64,000 nt of DNA from contig OZ281496.1 in assembly GCA_965637545.1 (NCBI GenBank), forward strand, positions 2,790,001 through 2,854,000, in the 5' to 3' direction. Positions 25,041 through 40,300 of this stretch are shown one piece after another (the first letter of the stretch is position 1; every line of letters starts with the position of its first letter). The notes below the pieces were generated by a model. That model worked only from the letters and a program-made list of their open reading frames with translations. It had not been told where the DNA came from and searched no databases. A program made the translations under genes and the position numbers. This DNA is from Phallusia mammillata (Eukaryota).

Positions 25041-27715
25041 ATTTCTTTTTACTAAAGCATTGTGTATTTAACTACTGGTGTTGCTATAAACAACCAAATG
25101 AGTAAATTATTGCCATCTTTGAAAGCATAAATATACAATTTTCCAAACAATGCCACAATTACCACTGTTGTAGTATATTTTCTTCCTTTGCAATTATCTC
25201 TGACGCGTACAGTTGCATGTATTTTGAGCTGCTATTTCATGGTAATTATTAACGAGTTGGTTCGCAGGCAATGACAAAACATGTTTAGTTCCTCTTGTCC
25301 GCCTGTTGAACGGCTTCAGTATACGTAAAATTTTGGGAATTCGTTTGCAATAGCACATGAATGATCCTTGCATGCGCTGTTTGTGTCGTGTCGATACAAA
25401 TGTCATTCAACTCTACTGACAATTGTACTAGCTGCTAGTAACTAGCACATTGCATTCTTTTACTTTACATAATGCAATAATAAACGTGTGTGGCTACAGG
25501 TGTATCTTCCTTGCAAGGTTGGAGTGGAAATATTGTCAGAACTTATCATTGTTTCGTGCCAACCACAGTTCTTCATATGGCAAAACCCAACTAGTTAAGA
25601 TTAGGAGAAAGACTGCAATGTGTATAGTGGCATTCGAGGTAACACCCGGAAAGGTTGAATACGCAAACACTAACTTTGGATATGGCACCTTTGTGCCAAT
25701 AAACTGACCAATTCGTTGCGTGGAAACTAAACAACAAACCAGTACACGATAAAACATACCCATCCCTAAAAAGGCAAGTGTAAGTCAAAATCCAACGATA
25801 TGAGACACATGGTTAACAATTTACGGAACGATTAGAGCGTGCATTTAACACTATACCGAGTTTAAGTCTTAAAAATGTAAAAACACCATCACACGACAGT
25901 TACGCCCCAATACCAACCAATCCCAAATGATGTTGCACTCAAAACGACACGGAACAGAGGAGAAGGTTGAGAGCGGCGAAGTTATTTATCTTACTCTTCC
26001 CATTGCTCGGCGTCCCTCGGGTGTTGGCTTCCTACAGAGGTGGTATTTAACATTTACAGTATTTTTTTGCAATTTGACAACCAATGATGCAATTTGACAA
26101 CCGATGTTTTTGCAGAAATTAGGAACGAGATATCAAACGCATTATGGGTGACGACACGAAGCAGGAAAATGTCTCCACTGTTTTGTACTCCATAACGTTT
26201 TAACGCAGCTATTTTCAGATTGGTGATTGTTTAAGTGCAATCGTGTCGGTATGTTGTCTTTCACCAAGCAAAAAAGTCAACTAAACATACAACTTGTGGT
26301 AAATATTATAACAGACAAACTGACACAAGATGACGCACGCGGTCAACGAAGTACAAATATAAAGTGGTCTGTGTTTTGATGTTTTTTAACAGTCTTCTTG
26401 TCAATAAATAGTGCTTTAGGATTTATTTTATCTTCCACGTTTATATATTTTGAAAACGTTTATTTACTAGAAATCAAAGAGCGCATATGGCATTTATATA
26501 CATTTTTCTCTAAACAAAAATGATTAACTTAAATTAAAATAATCTCGAGAACTAAATTTAATCACAATACTAGCTAAAATCGGATAACAAGAAATGACTT
26601 GCAAGGTTAAAAAAAATCATATTCGATAATCGTTTGAGTGCAAGTGTCGAAATTGACAATTTCCAGTGCCGAGTAGAAGAGCTAAGCGTTTTAAAATAAC
26701 AAACTAAGACCTTAAACTTGACACTCCAAATTCCTTCTGCTATACACATACCAGTAGAACGATTTGTTACAAAAATATTGAGTATTTAAATATATAGCAA
26801 AATAATTCGACAAGACACGACTAATGATGTGGTTTCCAACCCAAGAGCAGTTACGGAACATTACAAGGACATAAACTAATCTGTACAGCGCCGAACGTGG
26901 TAAACATTATCACCTACAACGGACATCAGGTAACGTACGCGATTAAGGAAGACAACATTCAGGAGGCATGTGAGCGGTCTGTGGCGGATGTTTCAACTGG
27001 TCAATTGGTGGCTGCAAAATAAGTGCTCTGGGTTACATTTTTCCTTCATGATTTTCGGCTAATAAAAAACCCAAATTTTAAAGCAACCAAATATTGAATG
27101 AAGCAAGTTATTACCACACCGCATTTTTTGAAAGTGTAGTTGAAATGTTGATTGTTACCAGAAACGTGTAACATCGGTGAGAAAAAAATCGTTATCGTAC
27201 AAAATAACAAAAAGATAAAACACAACGGCATTGCTTTGAAAAACAAAAAATTTTATGTTGGGACTTCTATACCACACATTCTTTGGCGATTTATTATTGG
27301 CAATGTAGTACCTGCATTTCTGACGTAAAGGTATTTTATTATTGTTGAGTTAAATATAACATCAGCAAGTTACAAACACGATAAATCATTTCCATTATAT
27401 GTCAGATTCAATATTTCACTACAGTGTGCCTTCTCAATTTTGTGCTATTAAATACGCAGAAATGGTTTAATAGCCACACGTCACTAAGCTTGTAGGTATT
27501 CATGACAAAACGGAACTGTAAACATATGAACGCTATCTATAACCTAAGGTGACATGCAAGAAATATGCAGCGATGAACGAATGGTAATTTTACATTTGTT
27601 TTAGGTCGACCACATCAGACTTTGCCAAAACGCTTTATCTTGCAAAAGATAACTTGAGTGTAGTTTTGGTTTTAAGTAACAGGCGTTTAGCAGAGCGTAT
27701 GTGACTGTTGAGAAT

Positions 27716-30700
27716 ATGGAACTGACTCACAAGAAAGCTCGTCTAGTTGAACTGCTGTTGTTCGTCGTCATGTTGCTTCATGAAACTTATCAACAGTATC
27801 CAACGGAATTTTGCGGTCAGTTAAATGTTGCGTACAAAGATATAATATAAGTTAAGTAATCAAATGACAGTCTAAAAATTTTACTTTTTAAACTTTGTTA
27901 TAAAAATGGATATTTAAATAAAATTTGACGCTGATTAGAATTCGAGCAAAAATGTTGTATTAGCAGAAAACAATTTGTCAAGGCGCAAGGCAATTTACAA
28001 CTAAAACCTCTAAGTCTAAAACATTGCGCGTGTAATAAACTTTATGCAGTAAAAGGCAAATTGAAAGATTATATTCAGCTTGCAGCGATCAATTTCCGGA
28101 TTCAAAGCCATTACGACTTAAATTTTCTGTTGTTCTTATTTTCAGATCTTGGTCCGCGAAACTGCACAGTGTTTCGTTGTCAGTATTATTCCAAAGAAAA
28201 CATCACATGTGGTGAGTTTTACATGAAAAAAATATCATTAATCTAACGTATGTAACAAAACTCAACGAAGTTGGTTGTTTTATTTCTGCATCATTTTGTA
28301 TACTGTTTTTATACGGTGGCCGTTACTGTTTTGAAAGTTTTGAACGTTAATCTTATGATCAATTGTAAACCAGCAAGTTATGCATTGTAACTTTGCGCCT
28401 TTTTCTTCCTTGTCAAACTCGTCGTGTCAAACATTATATCGAACAAACTGATAAAGTAGTGTGACAACCTAAAGTCTCGAGTATTGAGTCATTAAGGCTT
28501 GTAGTTGTCAGTTATAACAAAACATAGAAAAAATTTACGAAACTAAATTTAAAGTTCTTGCCATAACGCCTAAATTGATCAAGTTAGGAATTACTAAAAA
28601 CTTTCGTAACATAAATAACGGATTTGTTTCCAGTGTTTGCACCTTACCAAGAAACACTACTAGTCTTCGATGGGAGTAAGGGATGGTGTAAGTAGAAAAC
28701 GTTGGTTAAAGGAAGCCTAAAGCATATATTATTAAATGATATGTGGAATCCGCTCGCCATGCATTGAAATAGTATATAAACGATGCATTTAAAATTTGAT
28801 GGGTGTGGTACATGGCTCCACAATCTTTTCGCTATGACGACCGCATCTCAGATACCATTTTAACCACATGTATGCGAGTGTCTTCTTTTCTGGTTAACAA
28901 AATGCTGATGTTAAGAATAAGGTTTATCTTGTTATATACCATCTAATGGCGCCTAAAAAGCTAAACATAATTTCTAACTCGATGCACAAATTGAACAGAA
29001 CAGCCTAGCGATTAGTCTTTATTCTTTCTAACGTCACCATTTATATTGTGACGCGCGTGGTACCTTTTTTCGCATTGTTTTCACACAATCGGCGTACCAA
29101 AAATACGTACACATTTCGCTACTAAACAAAGCTAAACAAAAAAATAAAAACGGTTTACGTCCCACCATTTTTATTTAGAGCAGTTTTGAAACCCAAATAT
29201 ATGACACATAAAGTCACAGCCGATAGTTGATATGTTTTGGCATACATGTTCACGGTCGCATATCCCCGTTTCTCATACCGCAGCCTGTGCACTCTGGTCT
29301 AGTAGATACTAGAAATAATTAGTTGGACTGACCGCTTCGCAAATACATATTCGGACATTATAAATAAGTATCCGATATGTGTGGGATTGCGTTTATTGCA
29401 ACTTGTAAGAAAAAATAGTTTACATATTGCGACTACATATTGCATTACATTGCAGGGAATGTTGCCAGTATCAACCGTCTTAACACATCAGGTATGAAGT
29501 TAGTTTTTTCTCCAATAGCAATATAAATTTAGTTAATGTGGTTTTAAGGCACTTTATGATGCAACAGCAAACCTTTTTTGCCGTAGAATCCAAATGTGTC
29601 GGAGTGAGGTGTTGTATGACAGAAATACTTCCTGCAAATGTACCAGTGAAAGTGAAAATGCAATTCATTGATCAGACTCCAACAGGTTTGTGAATGGTCA
29701 AAGTTTATAATGCGGAAAAAGCTCTCAAAGTTGTTTGGTTACTACATTCGAACGTTGAACTATATGTGACCAATCAGGGGGTGTTTCACTACACAGGTAA
29801 TTGTATTACCTGTAGTGTAACAGGTGACAGCAATTTTGGGATAAAATATGAAATCTAGTATAAATATATAGGTACGCTTAGAAATTGTGTGTGCATTTGT
29901 GAATAATATTTATAGAAAACATAAAGCACACATAATCTGTATATTATAATACAGGTTTCGCAGTTCAACAAGATTTCCAGATTTTCATCAAACACTATGA
30001 AGCATGTAAGTGGGTGTGACAAATTACCAGTAGAATTAACTACCTGTCGTTTGCATTCTTCTAAAACTGTGGCGGCCAACCTATGGCGCATGCGCCATAC
30101 GTGGCGCATTACCTTCTTTTTTGATAATCATGAAAATCAAATTAATATACTAATAAATAAATAAAGTAAGTCAGTCCTGTTATATATATATATATACATA
30201 TATATGTTCATGCACAACATTATTCAAACATATCTTTATTTCCACTATTCTTATTTTGTATTACTATCCTTTTCATGCAAAAGTTGTTTCTTTCTCTTTC
30301 TCTCTATATGCAAGAAGTAGTCATAAAATGGTGGGGTTACGAGGCATTTATTGGGCATCCAACACAGTATGTTAAAAAGTTGGCGAATGGTATGTAGAAG
30401 GTTGGCCACCCCTGTTCTAAACGATAACAACATATGAGTAAGTTTATTTACTGACAAATGTCCTGCTCAACCTTATAATGTACTTAGGTTTTCTTAGAAT
30501 TACTTTAAACATAATGATGAAAATAACGGACAGAAAAGACGTAAAAGGCGGTATTCTTTATATTCCAAACGTTTCTGCAAATGCACATGCCATTATAAGG
30601 GATATCAACGATATCTACGTCTATTTCGGCCGTTATTTTTACCATTTAATTTACGAACAGATCCGTATGTAGTGTTACAAAGTACTTAAAACCTCATATC

Positions 30701-33700
30701 AGTTTACCTAAACACATACTGTACTAAGGTGTTCCTGCTGATATCCTATATCCAGCAGCAATATACCTAAACTCACTCCCAACACAATGTCTCAACCTTT
30801 CCCACTATTGCAGTAAGTGTTTTTTTTTTTGCATTTTTCATTACTGATGCGTTTTCATTAATTTACGATGTTTCAAACATTATTTCCATACTTACAACTT
30901 TTGCAGATACAACCGAAAACCGACATAGAACAACAACAGTGGAAATACAGACTCCAACAACAATTCCAGTGACAACAATTGTGGTATCAGGTAAAATTAC
31001 AATCACAACACTAAAAGTAAACATTTTACAGGAGGTTTCAAAAAATTGCTACACAAACATAACACATCTTACAATTATGTTAGGCAAACATTATTTAATG
31101 TACGATTGCGCTGTCTAGAAGAGCAACACACTTTGGTGTAAAAAATTGCTACGTATCCACGCGCCAATCACGCTTTTATTACTTGTACTATTTTCCCTGT
31201 TCGAAATGCAGTAAACGTCAGAGTTTATGGAAAAACACCACATACGTAAAAATGGCAGATTTCGTTAAATTTGCATTTTGATGACTTTCTCTACTCCACA
31301 AAAAGCATGATACATTTTCATTCATCAGCTTTTTCGACCAAATAGGCTATTATTCTACATTTGAAGTAACTTACATTAAAACTTCAAGAGGGCAAATGCG
31401 CCCTCCTTGTCGACACGTCCCGACGCAAAAAAAAACACAACAGGAAAATCCAACGCAAAGAGCAATTTTGAGTTTCCTACCCTACTCAGTTTTGCAATGT
31501 GTTTCGTTGCAGCGTTAAGTTTTCACTATACTAATGCTGGTGTGTTTTCGTTTATCAATGATTTTTCAAACAACACTTTACGATTTGCCACTTTGGCAGT
31601 TACAACAAAAACTCGACAGAAAACGACCACAATGGAAATGCAGACAACAATTCTAGAGACAACTATCACTAACATTATCACTAACATATTCAATGATTTG
31701 TTTCTTCACATACAACTTAAAGAAGTAACTTACAAACAAAACAGTTTTAAATAATGTCTAATAAACTATTTAAAACGTTACACATTAACAGTCGCATTAG
31801 ATACACAACTTACAGTTCTACATACTTCCAGCAAGAATATACAAACCGATATCTGAATCTAAAGCAAATTGTCTATCTCCAATTCCCTAGCGTTTTATCA
31901 CCGAATAATTGCTTTATAACGTCGCTTGCCACTTACTTTTTGTTGTGTGTCATCAAGTTGCGTCCCTTCTGGGGCATTCATTCTTTTATTTAATTGACGC
32001 TAACAATATAAACCTTCAAGACGTTGCAATGTTTTACATTCAGATGTTGCCTTGTGTCTTTTTGCTGAAAATTCGTATACTTAATACTGGAAATGGTAAA
32101 ACTTGAAACATTGTTTTGCATTTTGCTTTCTAACCAACATTCAAACATTAATATTTTAAAGATATTCCTAAGTTGAACGAACAAGCATCGAACTTGAACC
32201 CTGCAAGTGTAGAAGACTTGGAATCGATTGAAAGTTTACTGCTGAACAGAGCAAGAAAAATAAAACCTGGAGATAAAATCGAAGAAAATCATGACAACTC
32301 CCAATTATGCATAGAACTAGTCAACCAAAATAAAAGTGAATACAATTCAAACCTACAACTTGGATCAACTCACATCGACTTCACCTTACAAACATACGAG
32401 ACAAGACGACTCGTGGTTGCAGTGTTTGTCTTCAAGATAAACACAACAGTATCCGCACAGACTGAAACCACCGAATCCGGTTCTCTCGCCACGACGCACT
32501 ACATAGCTACCTTGAACACTACCTATATCGCTATAGTTGGTTGGAACGCGGATAGCTTCCTCAACTCACGTCGCAAACGATCATCTACCGATCAAGTCAC
32601 CGATCAACTTCCTGGAAATGTTACTTTCATTGGACCCCCAACGTCACCAAAGATTTTCTGCACGGAAATCATAGCCCAAAAGAAACACGAGACCAACCTG
32701 ATGATCAACAAACTGGAACCAATCTGTCTCTTCTTCGATGGAGTTGAAAAGAAGTACTCGAATCGTGGTTGCGAAACAATTACTGATGACGTAACAGGCA
32801 ACGTTACTTGCAAGTGCAACCATCTCACTCTTTTCACCGTTCTACTTGCGGTCCAATCCACCAAAATACCAAACAGCGTCAAGGTAAACATTCAGCCGAA
32901 TAGTTTAACTAAGAGACAATAACAAGCCATCAATATTTGTTTTTAGATTACATCTTACGCCACTGAATCAGCATCCATCATTTTTCTGGTCGCCACTATA
33001 ATAATCCTCTACAAGTCGAAACACAGCGGAGATCGGGTTCCCGTTCAAATCAGCTTGTCTTTGGCTCTGCTGCTCTTCCACGTCATCAACATATCACATG
33101 ATCTTGCCGTCTTAAATGAGGTTACTTGTGTGATGGTGACAGCTGTCAATCAATATCTGTTGCTGTCGTTAGGTGATTAGAAAACTAGGTCATTTTAGGC
33201 ATTAAAAATTTGTCAATGGCGCTACGCGTAAATGTCGACTGAACAAAACTCGACAAAGCAGCTAATTTGAGATAACCCTGTGGTATTCAACGCATTGTTT
33301 GTTTTAGGAATGTGGTTACTGGTGGAAGGAATTCGACTCTTCATGGCGACTTCGTTTCCAGTTGAGTTTCGAACTCAGGAATCATCAAAACGTCTAAAAG
33401 TCTTTTTGGTGCTTGGTTGGATTGTTCCCGCTTTTATAGTGGGAATATCTATGGCTGCGGGATTATCCCTTGGTATCTACATGAAGAACCAACCAATGTA
33501 TGAGCAATGTAACGAGTTTATTCCGATTCTCAAGTACGACAGATGCTGGTTGACACCTGGTACTCCGATCTTCTACACAACGGTGGTCGCTCCTCTTGCT
33601 CTCGTCCTTCTCATCAACTTCGGGATTGTCCTGAAAACAACACATGTGATGCTGAACTCGAAAAAGATGCGGAACAGAGGAGAAGATCCAGGCACAGGAG

Positions 33701-34070
33701 ATGCGTTGAGAGCAGCAAAGTCTTTTTTCCTACTGTTTCTGATGCTCGGTGGAACTTGGGCATTGGCTTTCTTTACAGGTGAGTTTGTCCACACACATAT
33801 ACATTTTAGGAGTTAGATTGATTACTTTTTACCTGGTGATTTAAATTTAATAAACCTATATCGTATGTTTCAGGAATCGGGAACGAGATTTCGAACGAGG
33901 TGTTCATGTACATGCACAGCTTGGTGAACGGTTTGCAGGGAATCGTCGTCTTTCTGCTGTACTGCGTCATGGATGACGACACCAGACAGGAAATCCTGTT
34001 GCGCATGTGCAATGCTGGTATCGGGCCGGAGCAGCAGGTTACAGCAAATCCACAAAGAGTCGAAACTTAA
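27716..34070 (+). CDS. Adhesion GPCR, copy 2
   Basis: Same exon set and phases as copy 1. ATG 27716, GAIN exon 32162-32883, stop 34068-34070; no in-frame stops seen in the modelled exons. Confidence 0.88.
30067..30414. mobile_element. hAT-type MITE in a GPCR copy 2 intron
   Basis: Ends ctgtggcggccaacc / ggttggccacccctg; 8-bp TSD ttctaaaa / ttctaaac; empty site in copy 1 (about 20698). Confidence 0.8.
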
Positions 34071-36054
34071 AATTATAGCGGAGGTCAAAGTTTAAACCGA
34101 GAAGGGGGTGGAAGTTCAAACAACTAGTTTTCTTTGATGTTTTAATTGTTCTGGTTATTTTCATTCTCTCTGTATTTGTAGTTATCTGAATTGAGTATTT
34201 TTAAACAATAATGTTGCTTGTAAACCGATTTTAACATTAGTGTTGTTTCTAGAATAATTCGTTGCATTTAATTCGAGGTAAGCTCTTAAAAAGTCATTCA
34301 ACGAAGCCTCGTGTATGAACCAAACCAAAATCTTTGTTTGATACTTGCAAGAGCAAATAGTAACTATAAAAGCACTGTATTCTCTTCTGTTCAAAAAGAA
34401 CTTAGAAAGTTCACAGAACCACTTCCATTTCTTGCGTAACTTTTCCTCCAATTAAGCAAAATATGTCGCTATATGATAGAAACAGTCCCAATTTGATCAT
34501 ATTAACTCTTTCGAAACTTTGAAACACGGATGTGACACGCCATACTCGCGATATTTTGCTTTGTTGGAAAAAGTATTTCGTGGACTTTTGCACTTCTTTA
34601 TGCAGTACTCAGTTATTTTTATCAAGGCATTTGCTCATTTAACCACTGGTGATGCTATAAGCCACTGGTGATGCTACCATTTTAACACTGTTGTTGTATA
34701 ATTTCTTATTTTTTCTATTATCTCTGACGTGTACAGTTACATGCATTTTGAGCTGCTATTTCATGGTAATTGTTAACGAGTTGATTCGCAGATAATGACA
34801 AAACATTTCTAGTTCCTCTTGTCCGCCTGTTCAGCGGCCTCAGTATACGTAACATTTTTTGGAATTCGTTGGCAATAGTACAGGAATGAGCCTTGCATGC
34901 GCTGTTTGTATCGTGTTGATAAGCTAAGTGTGAACATTGCATTAACATCATGCAAAGTGTCATTCAACTCTTATGATCTACTAACAGTTGTAACACAATT
35001 CATTTTTTTTACTTTACATAATACAATAATAAATGTGTGGCTAAAGCTGTCCCTTCCTTGCCAATTTGGAGTGGAAGTTGTGATACAACCTATCATTGTT
35101 TCGTGCCAGCCAAAGTTCTTCCTATGGCGAAAACCAACTAGTTTTGATTAGGAGAAACACTGCAATGTGTACAGTAGAATTTAAGGTAGCACCCGGAACG
35201 GTTGAATACGCAAACACTACCTTTAGATATGGCATCTTTTTTTCAATAAAGTGACTAATTCATCACGTGTGGGAACAAAAAAACAAACCAGCACACGATC
35301 AAACACACCAATCCAATGCCCAAAAGCTATTGTAAGTCAAAATCCAACGATATGAGACACATGGCTAACAATTTACTGAACGATTGAGGCGTGCATTTAC
35401 CACTATACCGAGTTTAAGTCTCAAAATTGTAAAATTACTACCGCACGACAGCCTCGTCCCAATACCACCGTACGGTGAACTATACTACGTTAGATATTAC
35501 AAACGTGACGGTTGGCGACAAACGCGAATAATTAATCGAAAAATAGCTTGAATCTCGTCAACTTCATCTTCAGTTTAAATCGTATGTCAACGAATGGATT
35601 TTGCTGAAAACGTAGTGAGTATTCTGAAATACGAAGCACCGAATGTGTTAAAGAACGAAAAAAGACGTGGTTTCCAACACAACGACAGCAGATAGTGGCA
35701 AGGAAAAATGTTAACGAACTTTACCTTACAGCCCAAAATGTGGTAAACATTATAATATATAAACTGACACCAGGTGACGCACGCGGTCAAAGAAGTATTC
35801 AGGTATCATGTGAAGAGGTCTGTGGGTAGATGTTTAAACAGTCTTGTTTTTAATAAATACTTTAGGATTTATTTTGTCTTCCGCAGTCATTAATTGTGAA
35901 AACCCATAACTTTCAAGAAATCGAAGAGCGCATATTGCAGTTATATCAAAATTTTTTATGAGCAAATTAATTTTGATCAAAATAATCGTGTTTTTGTTAA
36001 ATGGCAAGTTATGGTCTCACATGTGACAAATCTTCGTAGTTGTTGGGTTGTTGC

Positions 36055-36656
36055 ATAGGCCAACACGTCGATCGTCTGCTTTTGACTGGTCGATCGCTAC
36101 TAAATTCTCCATAATCAAAAACTTATCATTTGACAACGAATTAAATAACATCAAACAGACATTCTGGCATTTTAACGTGACTCAAAAATTCGGAATGACA
36201 AAGTGATAAATTTGTGCGTAACAATTGTGATTTTGGCATTAAATTATGTCGTAATAACTACTATGTTTGCCGTAACAATTAGGGTGTTTGCGTTAACAAA
36301 GCAGCTGCAATTAATTAGGGAAATTTGAAAGTTAAAGCATTTACAGTTGAAGCTTTCTTTGACATTATACATGCCTTATTATGAAAGGTTGGTATACGAT
36401 ATGATGACCTAAACATCCCACTACTTTGATGAAAAATAGGAGCCTATGCGACGTTTTATTGTTGGAAGAACTACGTGATGCTTGACAATCAAACCGATGA
36501 CTCTAAATATGCGGTAATTGTCGATCAAATCTCATGCAAAAATTTGTGTTATCGCTTTGTGTTAGTGACAGCCTAAATTACTACTGATCAGTCGATCGTG
36601 AACGATTAGAAGATTTTTCGTCGAACTTAACGACCAACAAGTTGGTCAACCCTGCT
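36055..36656. mobile_element. Probable hAT-type non-autonomous element in spacer 2
   Basis: Right end gttggtcaaccctg, left end degenerate (taggccaacacgtcgatcg); not present in the spacer after copy 1 or copy 3. Confidence 0.5.
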
Positions 36657-37384
36657 ATAGAACATAGCTTAACACATCAGTTATATAGCGGTAAGCCTGC
36701 GTCAGGTCGTTCATCTTGGTTTGTGGAACAACTGTATTCTGCTTGAAAGCCCGGTATAGTGGCACTTTTTTAAACATACATAGGGTTTGGAACTTGAAAA
36801 ACGTGCATTAACTGAGCACCAAAACGATATTCGTGACAATTTCCCGTGCCGAGTATAAGATCTAAGTAAAATAACAAACCAAGCCATCAGACTTGACACA
36901 TTCCTTTTGCAATGCGCATACCAGTTGATCGATTTTGTCACAAAAATATTGAGCATTGTAATACACAACACAAGAATTTTGTCTACGAAACACGACTAAT
37001 GATGTGGTTTCCAACCTAACAGAAGTTACGGAATGTGGCAGGGACATACTAAATCATTTCCATTATATGTCAGATTCAATATTTCACTACAGTGTGCCTT
37101 CTCAATTTTGTGCTATTAAATACGCAGAAAATGTTTAATAGCCACACGTCATTAAGCTTGCAGGTGTTCATGACAAAACGGAACTGTAAACATACGAACG
37201 CTATCTATAACCTAAGGTGACACACAAGAAATATGCAGCGATGAACGAATGGTAATTTGACATTTGTTTTAAGTCAACCACATCAGACTTTGCCAAAAAG
37301 CTTTATCTTGCAAAAGATAACTTGAGTGTAGTTTTGGTTTTAAGTAACAGGCGTTTAGTACAGCGTGTGTGACCTTTGAGAAAT

Positions 37385-40300
37385 ATGGAGCTAGCTCACA
37401 AGAAAGCTCGTCTAGTTGAACTGCTGTTGTTTGTCGTCATGTTGCTTCATGAAACTCATCAACAGTATCCAACGGAATTTTGCGGTCAGTTAAATGTTGC
37501 GTACAAAGATTTAATATAAGTTAAGTAGTCAAATGACAGTCTAATTATTTTTATTTTTTGACTTCGTTAATAATAAAATTTGATGCTTAATAAAATTCGA
37601 GCAAAAATGTTGTATTAGCAGAAAACAATTTGTCCAGGCGCAAGGCAATTTACAACTAACATCTCCAAGTCGATGACATTGCGCGTGTAATAGACTTTAT
37701 GCAGTAAAAAGCCAATTGAAAGATTATATTCAGCTTGCAGCCATGAATTTCCGGATTCAGAACCAATACGACTTAAATTTCTGTTGTTTTTATTTTCAGA
37801 TCTTGGACCGCGAAACTGCACAGTGTTTCGTTGTCAGTATTATTCCAACAAAAACTGCACATGTGGTGAGTTTTACATGAAAAAAAATATCATTAATGTA
37901 ACGTATCTAACAAAATCCAACGACTTTGGTTGTTATATTTCTGCATTATTTTGTATGTTGTTTTTTACGGTTGCCCTTTACTGTTTTGAAAGTTTTGAAT
38001 GTTAATCTTATGATCAATTGTAAACCAGCAGGTTATGCATTGTAACTTTGCGCTTTTTTCTTCCTTGTCAAACTCGTCGTGTCAAACATTATATCGAACA
38101 AACTGATAAAGTAGTGTGACATCCCAAAGTCTCGAGCATTAAGTCATTAAGGCTTGTAGTTGTCAGTTATAACAAAACATAGAAAAAAGTTACGACACTT
38201 AATTTAAAGTTCTTGCACTAACGCCTGAATTGATCAAGTTAGGAATTACTAAAAACTTTTGTAACATAAATAATGGAATTGTTTCCAGTGTTTGCACCTT
38301 ACCAAGAAACACTACTGGTCTTCGATGGGAGTAAGGGATGGTGTAAGTAAAAAACATTGGGTAAAGGAAGCCTAAAGCATATATTATTAAATGATATGTG
38401 AAATACGTCCGTCATGCATTGAAATAGTATATAAATGATGCATTTAAAATTTGATCTGTGTGGTACATGGGTCCACAATCTTTTCGCTCTGGCGGTCGCA
38501 TTTCAGATACCATTTTAACCACATGCATGCGAGTGTCTTCTTTATAAAATAATAAAATACTGATTTTAAGAATAAGGTTTATCTTATTATATACCATCTA
38601 ATGGCGCCTAAAAAGCTAAACATAATTTCTAACTCGATGCACAAATTGAACAGAACAGCCTAGCGATTAGTCTTTATTCTTTCTAACGTCACCGTTTATA
38701 TTGTGACGCGCGTGGTACCTTTTTTCGCATTGTTTTCACACAATCGGCGTACCAAAAATAGGTACACATATGGCTACTAAACAAATTCTTTTCCGTCCCA
38801 TGAATTTTATTTAGAGCAGTTTTGCAACCCAAATATATGACACATAAAGTCACGGCCGACAGTTGATATATTTTGGCATACATGTTCACGGTCGCATATC
38901 CTCGTTTCTCAGACCGCAGCCTGTGCACTCTGGTCTAGTAGATACTAGAAATAATTAGTTGGACTGACCGCTTCGCAAATACATATTCAGACATTATAAA
39001 TAAGTATCCGATATGTGTGGGATTGCGTTTATTGCAACTTGTGAGAAAAAATAGTTTACATTGTGCAACTACATATTGCATTATATTGCAGGGAATGTTG
39101 CCAGTATCAACCGTCTTAACACATCAGGTATGAAGTTAGTTTTTTCTCCAATAGCAATATAAATTTAGTTAATGTGGTTTTAAGACACTTTATGATGCAA
39201 CAGTAAACCTTTTTTGCCGTAGAATCCGAATGTGTCGGAGTGAGGTGTTGTATGACAGAAATACTTTCTATAAACGACCATCCGGTCAAAGTGGAAGTGA
39301 AAATGCAGTTCATCGATCAGACCCCAACAAGTTTGTTTAACATTAAACATGTTTTCATATTGCGGAAAAAACTCCAAATCAATGGGTTTTTATTATTAAA
39401 ATTTGAGGGTATTTCGTCGGTTAGTTTTTAAGGTAGCACAAATCTATTCAAATGCACATTATATTTGACTATACTGAGTGTGTTTCACTACAAGGGGTTA
39501 ACTGTATTAACTGCAGTGTAACAGACGCCAGCATTTTTGTGGTAGAATATAAAATTTTGTATAAATTCTTAAGTACGCATCAATAGTGTGTTCATTTGTG
39601 AATAATATTTATTTGAAAACCTAAAGTACACATAATCTGTATATTATAATACATGTTTTGCAGTTCAAGAAGATGTCCAGATTTTCATCAAACACTATGA
39701 AGCATGTAAGTGGGTGTGAAAAATAACCAGCAAAGTTAAATACGTTTCGTTTGCATTTTTTTAAAGTAAAAACAATAATATTCCCAGTTTAAAAATATCC
39801 CATTAATGTACCAAGGTGTCCCTGCTAAGTTTTCGTATGTAGCAGCAGCATACCTAAACTCAGTACCAACACAATGTCTCAACCTTTCCCACTATTGCAG
39901 TAAGTTTTGTTTGGATTTTTTTACCAATGTGTTTACATTGTTTAATGATTTTCAAACTATGTTTCACAATTTTGTAACTTTTGCAGATACAACAGATAAC
40001 ATACAGAAAACAACAACAATGGAAATACAGACATCGACAGAAGATCTAATGACAACAACAGTTCAATCAGGTAAAATTACGATCACAACATCAAAAGGAA
40101 CCAATGACGCCGTCAAACTTTTTGCAGGACAAGGCGAATTTTGCACAAATTTATCACTCTATATAATGGTGTATATATAGGTATAAGTTTTTTTATTGTT
40201 CATTTCCGTTGCCTAAAATCTGCAACACAGTACGATGCAAAAAATCAACCCGTATATCCATGCGCTCATCACGTATATTCTACGTGCACAATTTTGTCTG

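Noticed and set aside
25194-25790. Traces resembling EGF, C-type lectin or sushi motifs in the GPCR spacer (GSFMCYCK; TYTEA; SCQPEFFL)
   Set aside because: Frames are broken differently in each unit and the motifs are too short; a translated HMM search would be needed to support a relic gene.
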